A DNA stretch of 59,216 nucleotides from Candidatus Caldarchaeum sp. (lineage in GTDB: Archaea; Thermoproteota; Nitrososphaeria_A; Caldarchaeales; Caldarchaeaceae), in the NCBI GenBank assembly GCA_038844785.1, contig JAWBRA010000010.1, positions 1 through 59,216 of the forward strand. Direction: 5' to 3'. Within the stretch, counting starts at the first letter, position 1, and every line of letters begins with the position of its first letter. Positions 1 to 8,912 of the stretch are shown piece after piece. Position numbers and translations under genes: made by a program. The notes under the pieces are model-generated. The model made no database searches, was not told the origin of the DNA, and saw only the letters and a program-made list of their open reading frames with translations.

Positions 1-127
1 ATGGAACCTGAAGAGCCTAGACATACAACCAACGATATAATCGAAGACATGCATGAATGGGAGAGCTACACCTCAGGCCATAGGCCTTTCCCCTTTCCAA
101 AAGACTTAAGTAAAAGTTGACAGTGCC
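1..127. mobile_element. Probable terminal end of an IS6-family insertion sequence (element extends left of the window)
   Basis: 112-127 AAAAGTTGACAGTGCC reads GGCACTGTCAACTTTT on the minus strand, resembling IS6-family IRs (IS26 starts GGCACTGT). FDH homology starts abruptly at 128. Upstream frames give a broken YN..RH..NG..TP string like a DDE transposase C-terminus. Confidence 0.5.
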
Positions 128-2868
128 GGGAGCGTCCACCTTACAGCTTATAAAGAGCCCCAACAGAGTCCTACAGCCGCTTCTCAGGACAAGGCCGAAG
201 GGTGGGAACAGCCCTGGCTGGGTCAGGATTACGTGGGATGAGGCGTACAGCCGTATAGTCAAAAAGATGATGGAGATTTACCGTGCTGAAATAGAGCCTA
301 AGATAAAAAAACACGATGGCTACTATCTTGTGGGCAGGGATAGCCCCATAGCATGGGTGGGGTCTGCATACTGCACCAACGAGGAGAACTATCTGTTTAA
401 GAAATTCATGTCGTTAATAGGGTCTTCAAACATCGAGCATACGGCACGCATATGCCACTCCACCACCGTCGCCGCCCTCGCAAACACCTTCGGCTTCGGC
501 GCCATGACCAATCATTGGACCGACTGGATCAACACAAAACGTTTCCTCATAGTTGGGGCAAACCCTGCGGAGTAGCATCCAGTAAGCATCAGATGGCTTA
601 ACAGAGCTAGGGATAGGGGGGCAAAAGTAATACATCTAGACCCCCGATACAACAGAACATCCGCTTTAGCTGACGTGTTCGCCAACTTCAGACCAGGCTC
701 CGAAATAGCGATTTACCTCGGCATAGCACGTTATGTAGTTTTTGAGAAACCTGACCGGGTTGCATGGGATTTCCTCGAGCAAAGGACAACGGCGCCTTAT
801 GACTTGAGTAAAATTCTAGCAAACGAGGAAGTTAAACCTGAAAACACGCTGTCCGACTGGCGAACAAACCCCAACTCCATATGGCAGGCTTTCATCAAAA
901 CATTAGAACCATACACGCCGGAAGAAGTGTCCAACATCACAGGCATCCCCGTCGAGAAATTTAAGCATATAGCTGATGTTTTCACGCAGGAGAAGCCCGG
1001 TAAAATAATATATTCAATGGGAACTACACAGCACCATAACGGGACTCAAAACATAAGAGCGATGGCCCTGCTTCAGCTTATTCTTGGCAACATAGGTGTT
1101 CCAGGCGGCGGCGTTGACGCGGAGAGAGGGATAAGCAACGTCCAGGGAGCCACGGACATGAACGTGATAGCAGATAACCTAATGGGTTACAGAATCTATC
1201 CAAGAAGCGTTGACGACGTCAGGAAGTATCAGAAATGGAAGAACTCAGACCCTGAGAAAAGAGGCGGCGTGCTTGGAGGGAAGACCTTCACCCCCGCTAA
1301 CGAGGCTGAAAACAGGCTCCTAGCCGTGAGAACTTTCCCAACATGGAACGCGATCGAGTACCATTGGGGAATCTACATAGGAACATGGCCTGGAATAGAC
1401 CCTGACAATGAACCGGTGGTCTGCGACCTTCCCATCGGAGCGGGCAACAGGATGATCGAGATTCACAGAGCCATCTTGGACGGAAAAATAAAGATGCTTT
1501 TCTATGTTGCCGCCAACCATGGCGGCTCTCTTGCCAACGCAGGCCTAGCTAGAGAAGCTTTGAAATCCGTAGACTTTATGGTGTGTCAGGAACTGTTTGA
1601 AAGCGAGTCAGCCCATTATGCTGACGTACTGCTTCCAGGAACAGTTAGAGCAGGCGAAAGATCTGGAAGCGTGACGAACAGCGGTAGATGGATACAGTGG
1701 GGGTGGAACAGTGGAGGTGGAAGATAGTTGACCCGCCAGGCGAGGCTTTGGACGAGTTTAGCTTTGTAGTAAGGTTGTTCCAATTGCTAAGAAAGGCTGG
1801 GTGGAAGCTTCCGTCGGAGAAGTTCGAGGAAGACAACAATGTCTCCGTCAAGCGTAGCATAGGTGGTGTTGAGGTGGAAAACAACCCTGATCTTCACTGG
1901 CCCTCGACGTTTGGAAGCACGCCAAAGATGTTCACAAAGAGTTGGGTGCAAAGCTTGGAAGCGTTAAAGTGGGGACGGTAGCCCTCCCCCAAGCCCCGAC
2001 GAACGTCATTTACAGAGGCTCCTACGACCCGTCTGCAGTAGAGGTTGGCGGAATTCTTCCGAAAAAGAGGGACAAAAGCCCAGCCTCCGACTATGACGCC
2101 AAACACTACCTGTTTAAAAACTGGGGTTATTCGTGGATGGACAACCAGAGAAACCTGTATGACGTGAAGGAGGACCCGCCCGGCCTCAAGACCTTTTTCG
2201 CATGGTGGGCGACCAACCCCAAATCCTTTTTAGGGCTTGACAGAGCTGCCCTCTGGAGCCCGGGACTCTACAGGCCTAGCAAGGTGAAAACGGATGTTGA
2301 GAAAGGTGTTTATCCAGCAGGCAGAGAGATGAACCACCCCGAGTACCGTGGATTCCCACTACATAACGAGCCCGTCGAGTCTCCAGTAGCTGAACTTGCG
2401 GAGAAGTATCCGCCGATATGGGATGGCCGCTGGAAGGTTGTTACAGGGAAAAGGGAGGAGTATCCTATAGTCCTGACAACGTTTAGGCTCACAGAACACA
2501 TGCATATAGCCCAACATACAAGAAATCTTCCATGGCTTGCAGAACTCCATCCTGAACCATTCCTCGAGATAAGCCAAGAGCTTGCGGACGAACTGGGTGT
2601 TAGATCAGGAGACCTCATCAGGGTCGCGACGGCTAGAAAGCCTGATGGGATTGTGGTGAAGGCTCTGGTAACATGGAGGGTGAAGACGCTGAAGGTAGGC
2701 GGTAAAAATGTTCATATTGTTGCGGCACCGTTTCACTGGGGCTTCAAAGGCCTCGTCAGAGGACCTATAGTCAACGACCTTACCCTAGATGTCGGGGACA
2801 CTTTCACAAGCATGCCTGAAACCAAGGTCTGCCTATGCCGTGTCGAGAGAGTTGCGGGGGTGGTGTAA
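128..2868 (+). pseudogene. fdhA: Formate dehydrogenase alpha subunit (Mo/W-bisPGD, Cys-type), disrupted
   Basis: Motifs ARICHSTTVAALANTFGFGAMTNHW (Cys TGC 453-455 at the Sec position), RGISNVQGATD, TNSGRWIQW and a C-terminal molybdopterin-binding domain. N-terminal Tat/[4Fe-4S] part absent. In-frame TAG at 573-575; frameshifts at ~1709 and ~1924. Confidence 0.9.
1695..1722 (+). repeat. 14-bp tandem duplication (CAGTGGGGGTGGAA / CAGTGGAGGTGGAA) causing an fdhA frameshift
   Basis: Read directly. Removing the first copy restores RWIQWRWKIVDPPGEA. Confidence 0.9.
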
Positions 2869-3630
2869 ATGTCTGGGGTGGGAGTTCTAGTAGACCTGAC
2901 CAAATGCATGGGATGCAGAGGCTGTCAAGTAGCCTGTAAACGGTGGCATGACCTAGCTGGCGAGGCGACACAATTCAACCCTGAATGGACCAACCCAACC
3001 AGCATATCGCGGGATACCTGGACTCTTATACGTTTTGTCGAAGCTGAGAAAAACGGTGAGAACGTCTGGAGGTTTGTTAAGCAGCAGTGCATGCACTGCG
3101 TCAACCCGGCATGCGTGTTTGTCTGCCCCACAAAGGCCATGCATAAAGCTGATAACGGATACGTCTTATACGATGAAAACCTATGCATAGGTTGTAGATA
3201 TTGCGTGCAATCATGCCCCTTCGACATGATGAGGTTCGACTACGAAAGAAACAGGGTTGTCCAGAAATGCACGTTCTGCTTTGAGAGAATAGAGGTCGGA
3301 CTTAAGCCTGCATGTGTCGAGACATGCCCAGCCGAAGCTCTTAAGTTCTACAGGGAGCTTGATGAGCTTCGCAGGGACGCTGATGCGATGAAAGCTAAAG
3401 GCCTATACGTATACGGTGTTGAGGAGGTTGGGGGAACAAGATGGGTATATGTGTCAGACGTTCCGTTCGACAAACTAGGTTTTCCGAAGTACGGTGCAGA
3501 GACACCTGCACAGCTGGCTACAGGCTTGGTCTCCCAATTCGCCGCTGTCGGCTTGGTGGGTGGGTTGTTGGTCGTCTGGCTCCAAAAATACTCCGAGAGG
3601 AGGAGGAAAAAATCGGAGGGGGGTGGATGA
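2869..3630 (+). CDS. fdhB: Formate dehydrogenase iron-sulfur (beta) subunit with C-terminal TM helix
   Basis: Four Fe-S motifs (CMGCRGCQVAC, CMHCVNPAC..C, CIGCRYCVQSCP, CTFC...PACVETCP) and a hydrophobic C-terminal anchor, as in FdnH/HybA. Confidence 0.92.
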   Translation: MSGVGVLVDLTKCMGCRGCQVACKRWHDLAGEATQFNPEWTNPTSISRDTWTLIRFVEAEKNGENVWRFVKQQCMHCVNPACVFVCPTKAMHKADNGYVLYDENLCIGCRYCVQSCPFDMMRFDYERNRVVQKCTFCFERIEVGLKPACVETCPAEALKFYRELDELRRDADAMKAKGLYVYGVEEVGGTRWVYVSDVPFDKLGFPKYGAETPAQLATGLVSQFAAVGLVGGLLVVWLQKYSERRRKKSEGGG

Positions 3631-3631
3631 A

Positions 3632-4522
3632 ATGGATTGGGAGATGTTTGTGGTAGCAGGTTTTGTCTTCAGCGGCCTAGGGTCAGGCGCGTACATAGCT
3701 GCTTTCGGCTGCGACAGAAGAGGGGTTGAGACCGCTGCGAGGCTTGGAACACACTTGAGCTGGCCTCTTATAGGGCTCTCCATACTCTTCCTATTCTTTG
3801 ACTCCCAAAGAATAATGCCTGTGTTCGGAGCTAGGCCGTTGGTGGTGTTTGAGAACCTTGCAACCTCGATGATAAGCATAGGAACAGTATTGTTGATCGT
3901 TTTTCTCACGTTCTCCCTGTTGACCAGCGTAGGCTTCTGGAGAGCTGGCTGGAGCACAGGTGTCGGGAGAACTGTTGTCTGGTATATCGGGCTCCTCCTA
4001 GCCGTCGCTGTAGCTGTTTATCCCGGCTTCCTCCTAGCTTTAAGCTATGGAGCCGCATTCTGGACTTCACCGTTCATCATGTGGTTATTGGCAGCTAACG
4101 CCGTCCAGGGAGGAATAGCTCTGTCAGGGCTGTCGACAACAAGGCTCGCAGGCTCCCTTTTCCCACGATTTGTCGTGAAAGATGAGAAGGTCGCAAGACT
4201 GTTCGAACGCTATGAACAGCTTGCAGGCGTGGCGGCTTTGCTGCTCCTCACAGCCCACCTCATCTACACAGGCTTCCGTGAAGCCTCGATCATAGGCTAC
4301 TCAGCTTCTATACCCGAGCTCTTCGCAGGAGGGTTGGCGCCCGTTTTCTGGGCTGGGGTTCTGCTGGAGTTCGTCATACCGCCTCTGCTGGGGCTAGGCC
4401 GTGGGAAGGGGGTAGCAACCCACGACATCACATTGGCCAGCTTCATCTCCGTGCTAGTTGGCGTCTTCCTGCTCAGATGGGCTATAGTTGCTCAAGGCCA
4501 AGCCGTCGTAATGTTTGTGTGA
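3632..4522 (+). CDS. NrfD/PsrC-family membrane anchor subunit
   Basis: Start MDWEMFVV at 3632. N-terminal W...Y/F.F.SGL..GA pattern, ~8 TM segments, YPGFLL and terminal LRW...GQ. Confidence 0.8.
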   Translation: MDWEMFVVAGFVFSGLGSGAYIAAFGCDRRGVETAARLGTHLSWPLIGLSILFLFFDSQRIMPVFGARPLVVFENLATSMISIGTVLLIVFLTFSLLTSVGFWRAGWSTGVGRTVVWYIGLLLAVAVAVYPGFLLALSYGAAFWTSPFIMWLLAANAVQGGIALSGLSTTRLAGSLFPRFVVKDEKVARLFERYEQLAGVAALLLLTAHLIYTGFREASIIGYSASIPELFAGGLAPVFWAGVLLEFVIPPLLGLGRGKGVATHDITLASFISVLVGVFLLRWAIVAQGQAVVMFV

Positions 4523-4537
4523 TGGGGCAGTAGACAA

Positions 4538-5422
4538 GTGAGGCCTACTGTAGGCGAAAGACTCAAGCGTTTACCAGCCGTCCAAGCAGAGCATAGCTGG
4601 CTGTCCGATTATCTTACGCTCTACCAAATAGTCCTGCAAGCCCAACTCAGGATGGAAGTTCACGAAGGGAAGGGAGCTGACCCCAAAATCCTACAGCATA
4701 GCTTGACTAAGGACCTGCAGAACAGGGCTTTGATTGAAGGCAGGCCTTTAGTAGCTTTATTACCCCCGCTTAACTTTGACGGCCTCTCCATAGCCTCGTG
4801 TCTTAAGGAAATGTCTAAGCTAGCCTCGGGCATACAGACACCGTCACCCCTCTCCAACTGCCTCAACTTTTTGCTTAAAATGAACCCCAGAAAGTTATCC
4901 GAGGCAGCTGAGGCAGCGTTAAAAAGAGAGCGGGAAAAGATAACAGCTCTGGCAAGCATGTCAGAGACTGATACGAACCTGTTGGAATGGCTTCTGCTAA
5001 TACCTGCCCAACCCTTCGCTGAAGAGCTTGCAAGGAATCTTGAAGCTTATTTAACAGAGAGATGGTTCCGACCTCCCTGCCCAGTCTGCGGGAGAACACC
5101 GTTAATCGGCAAAATGGTTGACAGGGTGAGACACATGCTGTGCTCGTTCTGCGGAGCAGAGTATCTAGTAGACTTGTTCGTATGTCCGTTCTGCGGCAAC
5201 AGAAACCCTCTAGACTTCAGCTTTATACACCTAGAAGAGATAAAGGGAATGAGGTTGGATGTCTGCGAGAGATGCAAAGGTTATGTGAAAACTATCGAAC
5301 CAGCGTTGACTAAGCCGCTTTTCCCAGGACTAGAGGACGTGTTAACAATCGGCCTAGACCTACTTGCGGAGAAGAACGGCTTAGTTAGACATGTCGACAA
5401 GCTGAACCAACCGAAACCATGA
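4538..5422 (+). CDS. fdhE: Formate dehydrogenase accessory protein FdhE
   Basis: CPVCG, CSFCG, CPFCG and CERC motifs in the C-terminal half; operon position. Confidence 0.9.
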   Translation: MRPTVGERLKRLPAVQAEHSWLSDYLTLYQIVLQAQLRMEVHEGKGADPKILQHSLTKDLQNRALIEGRPLVALLPPLNFDGLSIASCLKEMSKLASGIQTPSPLSNCLNFLLKMNPRKLSEAAEAALKREREKITALASMSETDTNLLEWLLLIPAQPFAEELARNLEAYLTERWFRPPCPVCGRTPLIGKMVDRVRHMLCSFCGAEYLVDLFVCPFCGNRNPLDFSFIHLEEIKGMRLDVCERCKGYVKTIEPALTKPLFPGLEDVLTIGLDLLAEKNGLVRHVDKLNQPKP

Positions 5423-5595
5423 CGTCAGCAACAGGCTACAACATTAAGTTCACCAAAAGCCTCGGACTGGGAGAAGACGCCGGAGGAGTTTTCTTCAGAG
5501 ACTCAGGCGGCCCAGTTATACAGAGATTGTGGCATAGTTGCTGTAAACCCTTCATCCTCAACCAGAATTGGGCTGGAACGGCTTTCGCCGCGTAG
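5419..5595 (+). pseudogene. 58-codon remnant resembling the catalytic-Ser region of a trypsin-like protease
   Basis: ...GEDAGGVFFRDSGGPV resembles GGTCFGDSGGPV. No His/Asp part is present. Confidence 0.3.
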
Positions 5596-5633
5596 ACTTT
5601 TCAGACGCTCTCAGACGAATTTTGTGAACGGTT

Positions 5634-6895
5634 TTAATCGTACTCGCTGAGGGATGAAAGGAAGAGAGGTATTGTTTCTTTGTCAAGTGTCATGAACCTC
5701 TGCAGCCACTTTGGTTTGGAAACCTTCCTCACCCCCACTTAACCTCAAAACCATAAAAGCCCCCTTCATCCATGGCTATGCAGTCAACCTCAGCTCCGTT
5801 ATGTCACTGGAAAACTTGGTGTTTTCTGGAAAGATGTGAGGCGACAACACCTTCGACCAGAGCCTCTTCAGAAACCTCTACCCTGCAATAATGTGCAAGC
5901 GTTCTGTATACGAATGGGTCTGTGAAATGAATTTTCCTATTCTTCCTGCGTAGAACTTTTCCGCTCGGATCTAGATAGTTGAGCGTTACCACCATCATCA
6001 GGTTCTCCAATACCTCAACGTAGCTTCTCACAGTGTTAGGCGAATTTATCGACGTGTTCTTAGATATTGAGAGCCAGCTTACGGGCGCTGCCTTGGCGCT
6101 CAGCAGGTATGAGACAACCTCCTTCATGGCTGATTCGTTTTTCCCTACACGCAGCAAGTCGCTTCTGAACCCGTCTAACAGAGCCCGCCTCGACTCCTCT
6201 CCAACCATTCCATACAACGCTTTCTCCCTTATGGATAGGGGGAAACCGCCTGTTTCGAGGTAGTCGAGGAAGATTTGACCTATTTTTCTGCTGAATAACT
6301 TGTTTGCATCAACGGCTCTACCGGCTTCTGCTAGGCTCGACATGTATGCCGTCTCCAGTCCATGTATTTTGGAGACGTAGGAACGGAAGCTTAAAGGCAT
6401 CATCCTCACGTCCCTCCCTTTCCCCCTCCTGCCTAGAAAAAGCTCCTTCTACCTCACCAGCTCCAAGCTGGCTGACCCAGTAACCGTAACAACAGACGTC
6501 GCGAGCGAGCCATCGTCTATTCTAGTTTTGACAGCCCGCCACCAATCTTCAACAAACGTAACTTCGTCCAGAAAAATGTAGGAACGTTAGACACCCCACG
6601 CAGACCTGGCATGAAGGTATGTATCCAGCACTTCTCCAAGCTCCCTGTAGCCGGAGAACTCGTCGCATGAAAGATAGAGTATAGCCCGGGGTTAAACACG
6701 CTTTAAAAGCTCGTTGATGACCAGTTTCAACATCGTCGTCTTACCCACTTGACGCGGCCCGTAGACGAAGTTGAGCGAGAAAGGCTCCAGCGAAAGCTTA
6801 TCCATCTAGGCCGGACGCCACTTAAGAGGAAGCTTGGACCACGCGATGTAGCTGGGGTCCTCCTCCCCCGTCCACCAAGGGTTCTAGCGCTCCAT
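5634..6895 (-). pseudogene. Archaeal AAA+ ATPase (AAA_14 + DUF4143 type), multiple stops
   Basis: MER*NPWW, Walker A GPRQVGKTT, Walker B IFLDEV, VTGS, GGFP, KIHFTDP, EVD..EVKW. In-frame stops at 6884, 6806, 6692, 6587, 6449 and 5804; one frameshift at ~5733. Confidence 0.88.
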
Positions 6896-6905
6896 ATCTG
6901 CATTA

Positions 6906-6942
6906 GTATTGCAAATATAATATATATAATGATTTGCAATAC
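6906..6942. promoter_or_regulatory. Perfect 11-bp inverted repeat around an AT-rich 15-nt core; candidate operator/promoter
   Basis: GTATTGCAAAT-ataatatatataatg-ATTTGCAATAC immediately upstream of the ATPase start. Confidence 0.5.
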
Positions 6943-7157
6943 AACCGCAAATCATTTAAAAATACACTGGCCAGCTCGAACACAAACATGATACATATCC
7001 CTAGGGTAGAACATGACGTGAAAAGGATTGATTGTTCGATGCTATTTCAGACGAACATCCAGCATGTCCAGCAGCTGGACAAACACGGCATCGCCTACAG
7101 ACACTGTTGGAAGGTGTTTATGCGCTGTTGTAGAGGCAACAGATTAATTTCACCTAA

Positions 7158-8099
7158 TTAGAATGAAGGAAAAATAGGAGAGTGTTTGGCTGGAGGCTTC
7201 AGCCTTCTAGTTCTTACAAGATAGTCTTCCAGTCTCTGTTGTTTTCTTTTTATTGTGAACCCTATGTGTTTGAAGAATCTCAAACGTAGGCCAGCTGGAA
7301 CGTATAAGCTATATGTGTCCTTCTTACGCTTGTATGTTTTTCCTTTTCTTGGGTCTCTGCAAGCTGTTCCATGTTTTACGGAAAGATGTGGACCTGACGT
7401 CTCTATCCCAAGAGAATCCAAGAGCCGTCTGACGTATCCAAGCAATCTCAGGTCGGTGTTGCAATCAATAATGGTTCCATCTTTACTCACACATCCTTCG
7501 CTGCCAAAGAAACCCCTCAGGAAAGCATATTTACATTTCCTGTCATATTCTATGAATTTTTTGATTTTATCCATGTATAAGGGCTTCTTCAACAGTTCGT
7601 AGGGCGGTTTGCATCGTAGTTCAACGACGAATGTTCTTTTTGACCATTTAGGTTTAGGCGGGTCTCTTCTCATCACCCTCGCGAGGCATTTAGCGAACTC
7701 CTCGGCAAACTCCCTGTCCTTAACTTTTAACCCTATAAACACTCCGTGATAGGATTTTCGAGGTCGTTGTTTCCGTCTGATGTATCCGTCTCCAACGACT
7801 ACGCCTACGACGTATGCTAGTTCTCTGGATGGTTTTAGAAACTTTGTTGAGGGTAGTGTTATGCCGTTGTATGGGCTGTGAAGTCCTCGAACCCAGTAAC
7901 TGATGTGAGACTTGTTCAGCATCACACCATACCTCTCCCTCATGGCTTCAAAGATTCTATTGTAGGACAGCCCTCGACTTCTAAGCATTCTAACCCCTTC
8001 ATAGAGCTTAATCCTCAGCTCTCTAGGCAGATATGGGCCTCTTCTACCTGCTTTCCCGAGAGGTTTATTACCTCTTTCGGGGTTTCAGTCATCTGTCAT
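7158..8099 (-). CDS. Stand-alone LAGLIDADG (intein/DOD-type) endonuclease-like protein with N-terminal HTH; probable TGA at codon 5
   Basis: Motifs LAYVVGVVVGDG and FLRGFFGSEG; HTH-like LRSRGLSYNRI...NKSHISYW. GAGGTG precedes ATG 8099, with in-frame TGA at 8087-8085; the open frame from ATG 7988 gives 276 aa. Confidence 0.8.
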
Positions 8100-8359
8100 C
8101 CACCTCTAGTCACAGCGTTATGATGGTTTCTCTGGCTGTTTCAACCGGCCATCGCAGGTCTCCAGCGAGGTTGTTGACGACTGTCGGCGGCAAAATTCTT
8201 CGGTAGAAGCCGGCGAAATCATCCACGCTTCTTTCGGCGTCCGAGAGAACCGTCAGCTTGGTGATAATCCCCCGTGTCCGGGACAGCTGTGTCCATGGCC
8301 CGCCAGCCTATCCTAGATGTTTTCCTTCCGAAGGCCGAATACCATGTTTCAAAGATAGT

Positions 8360-8845
8360 ATGCGTGGAAAGAGGCTCCATGAGGCTAACCTAACAGTATG
8401 GCAGTCTTTAAACATACCCGACAAAGGAGACTACATAGGCTATGTCAGCGGTGTGGAGTTTAGGGGAAGATACGCTGTTACAGCTGGGTGGAGGCTTAGA
8501 ATACCCGACATGTATAAAAACCTGCTCAGTTACGAAGCTAACGACGGAAGAGAGATTAGAATATCCCTATGGGTTGAGGATGGAATACCACGATACACTT
8601 ATAAAGACTATGAAAAGCCTCCGTTTATCCCCTCAGGCGTTCAACCCCGGTATGACAGAAGAGAATCGTTTTGTAGCGTATGCCATAAAACATTCAAAAA
8701 CAGGGATAGATGCCCCAACTGCAACAGAGTATTGAGAAAGAAGCCGAGAAAAAAGGAAAACAAAATCACATCAAAATCAAACCTAACATATACCAGCCGC
8801 CGGGGGCGGGATTTGAACCCGCGCGGCCGAAGGCCACTGGTTTAG
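8360..8845 (+). CDS. Hypothetical Zn-ribbon protein (start uncertain)
   Basis: CSVC...CPNC followed by basic LRKKPRKK. The 3' end runs antisense into the tRNA. Confidence 0.5.
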   Translation: MRGKRLHEANLTVWQSLNIPDKGDYIGYVSGVEFRGRYAVTAGWRLRIPDMYKNLLSYEANDGREIRISLWVEDGIPRYTYKDYEKPPFIPSGVQPRYDRRESFCSVCHKTFKNRDRCPNCNRVLRKKPRKKENKITSKSNLTYTSRRGRDLNPRGRRPLV

Positions 8846-8880
8846 CAGACCAGCCCCCTACCTGGCTAGGGCACCCCGGC
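8798..8880 (-). tRNA. tRNA-Ser(GCT), intronless, CCA not encoded
   Basis: Acceptor GCCGGGG/CCCCGGC+G; anticodon arm CTGGT-CTGCTAA-ACCAG; long variable arm GGCC-TTC-GGCC; T-arm GCGGG-TTCAAAT-CCCGC. Confidence 0.96.
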
Positions 8881-8912
8881 CTGTCCTAAACCATTTACTG
8901 CATCAATTTAAG

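Noticed and set aside
453-455. Selenocysteine in FDH alpha
   Set aside because: The codon at the Sec-equivalent position is TGC (Cys).
573-6886. Genome-wide stop-codon reassignment suggested by in-frame TAGs
   Set aside because: TAG ends core genes (rpsJ, tuf, mre11), and the affected genes also carry TAA/TGA stops and frameshifts.
8109-8330. Possible structured ncRNA or ORF upstream of the LAGLIDADG gene
   Set aside because: The minus strand has a start-less protein-like frame (…DDFAGFYRRILPP…ETIITL*), but I found no recognisable family or convincing long stems.
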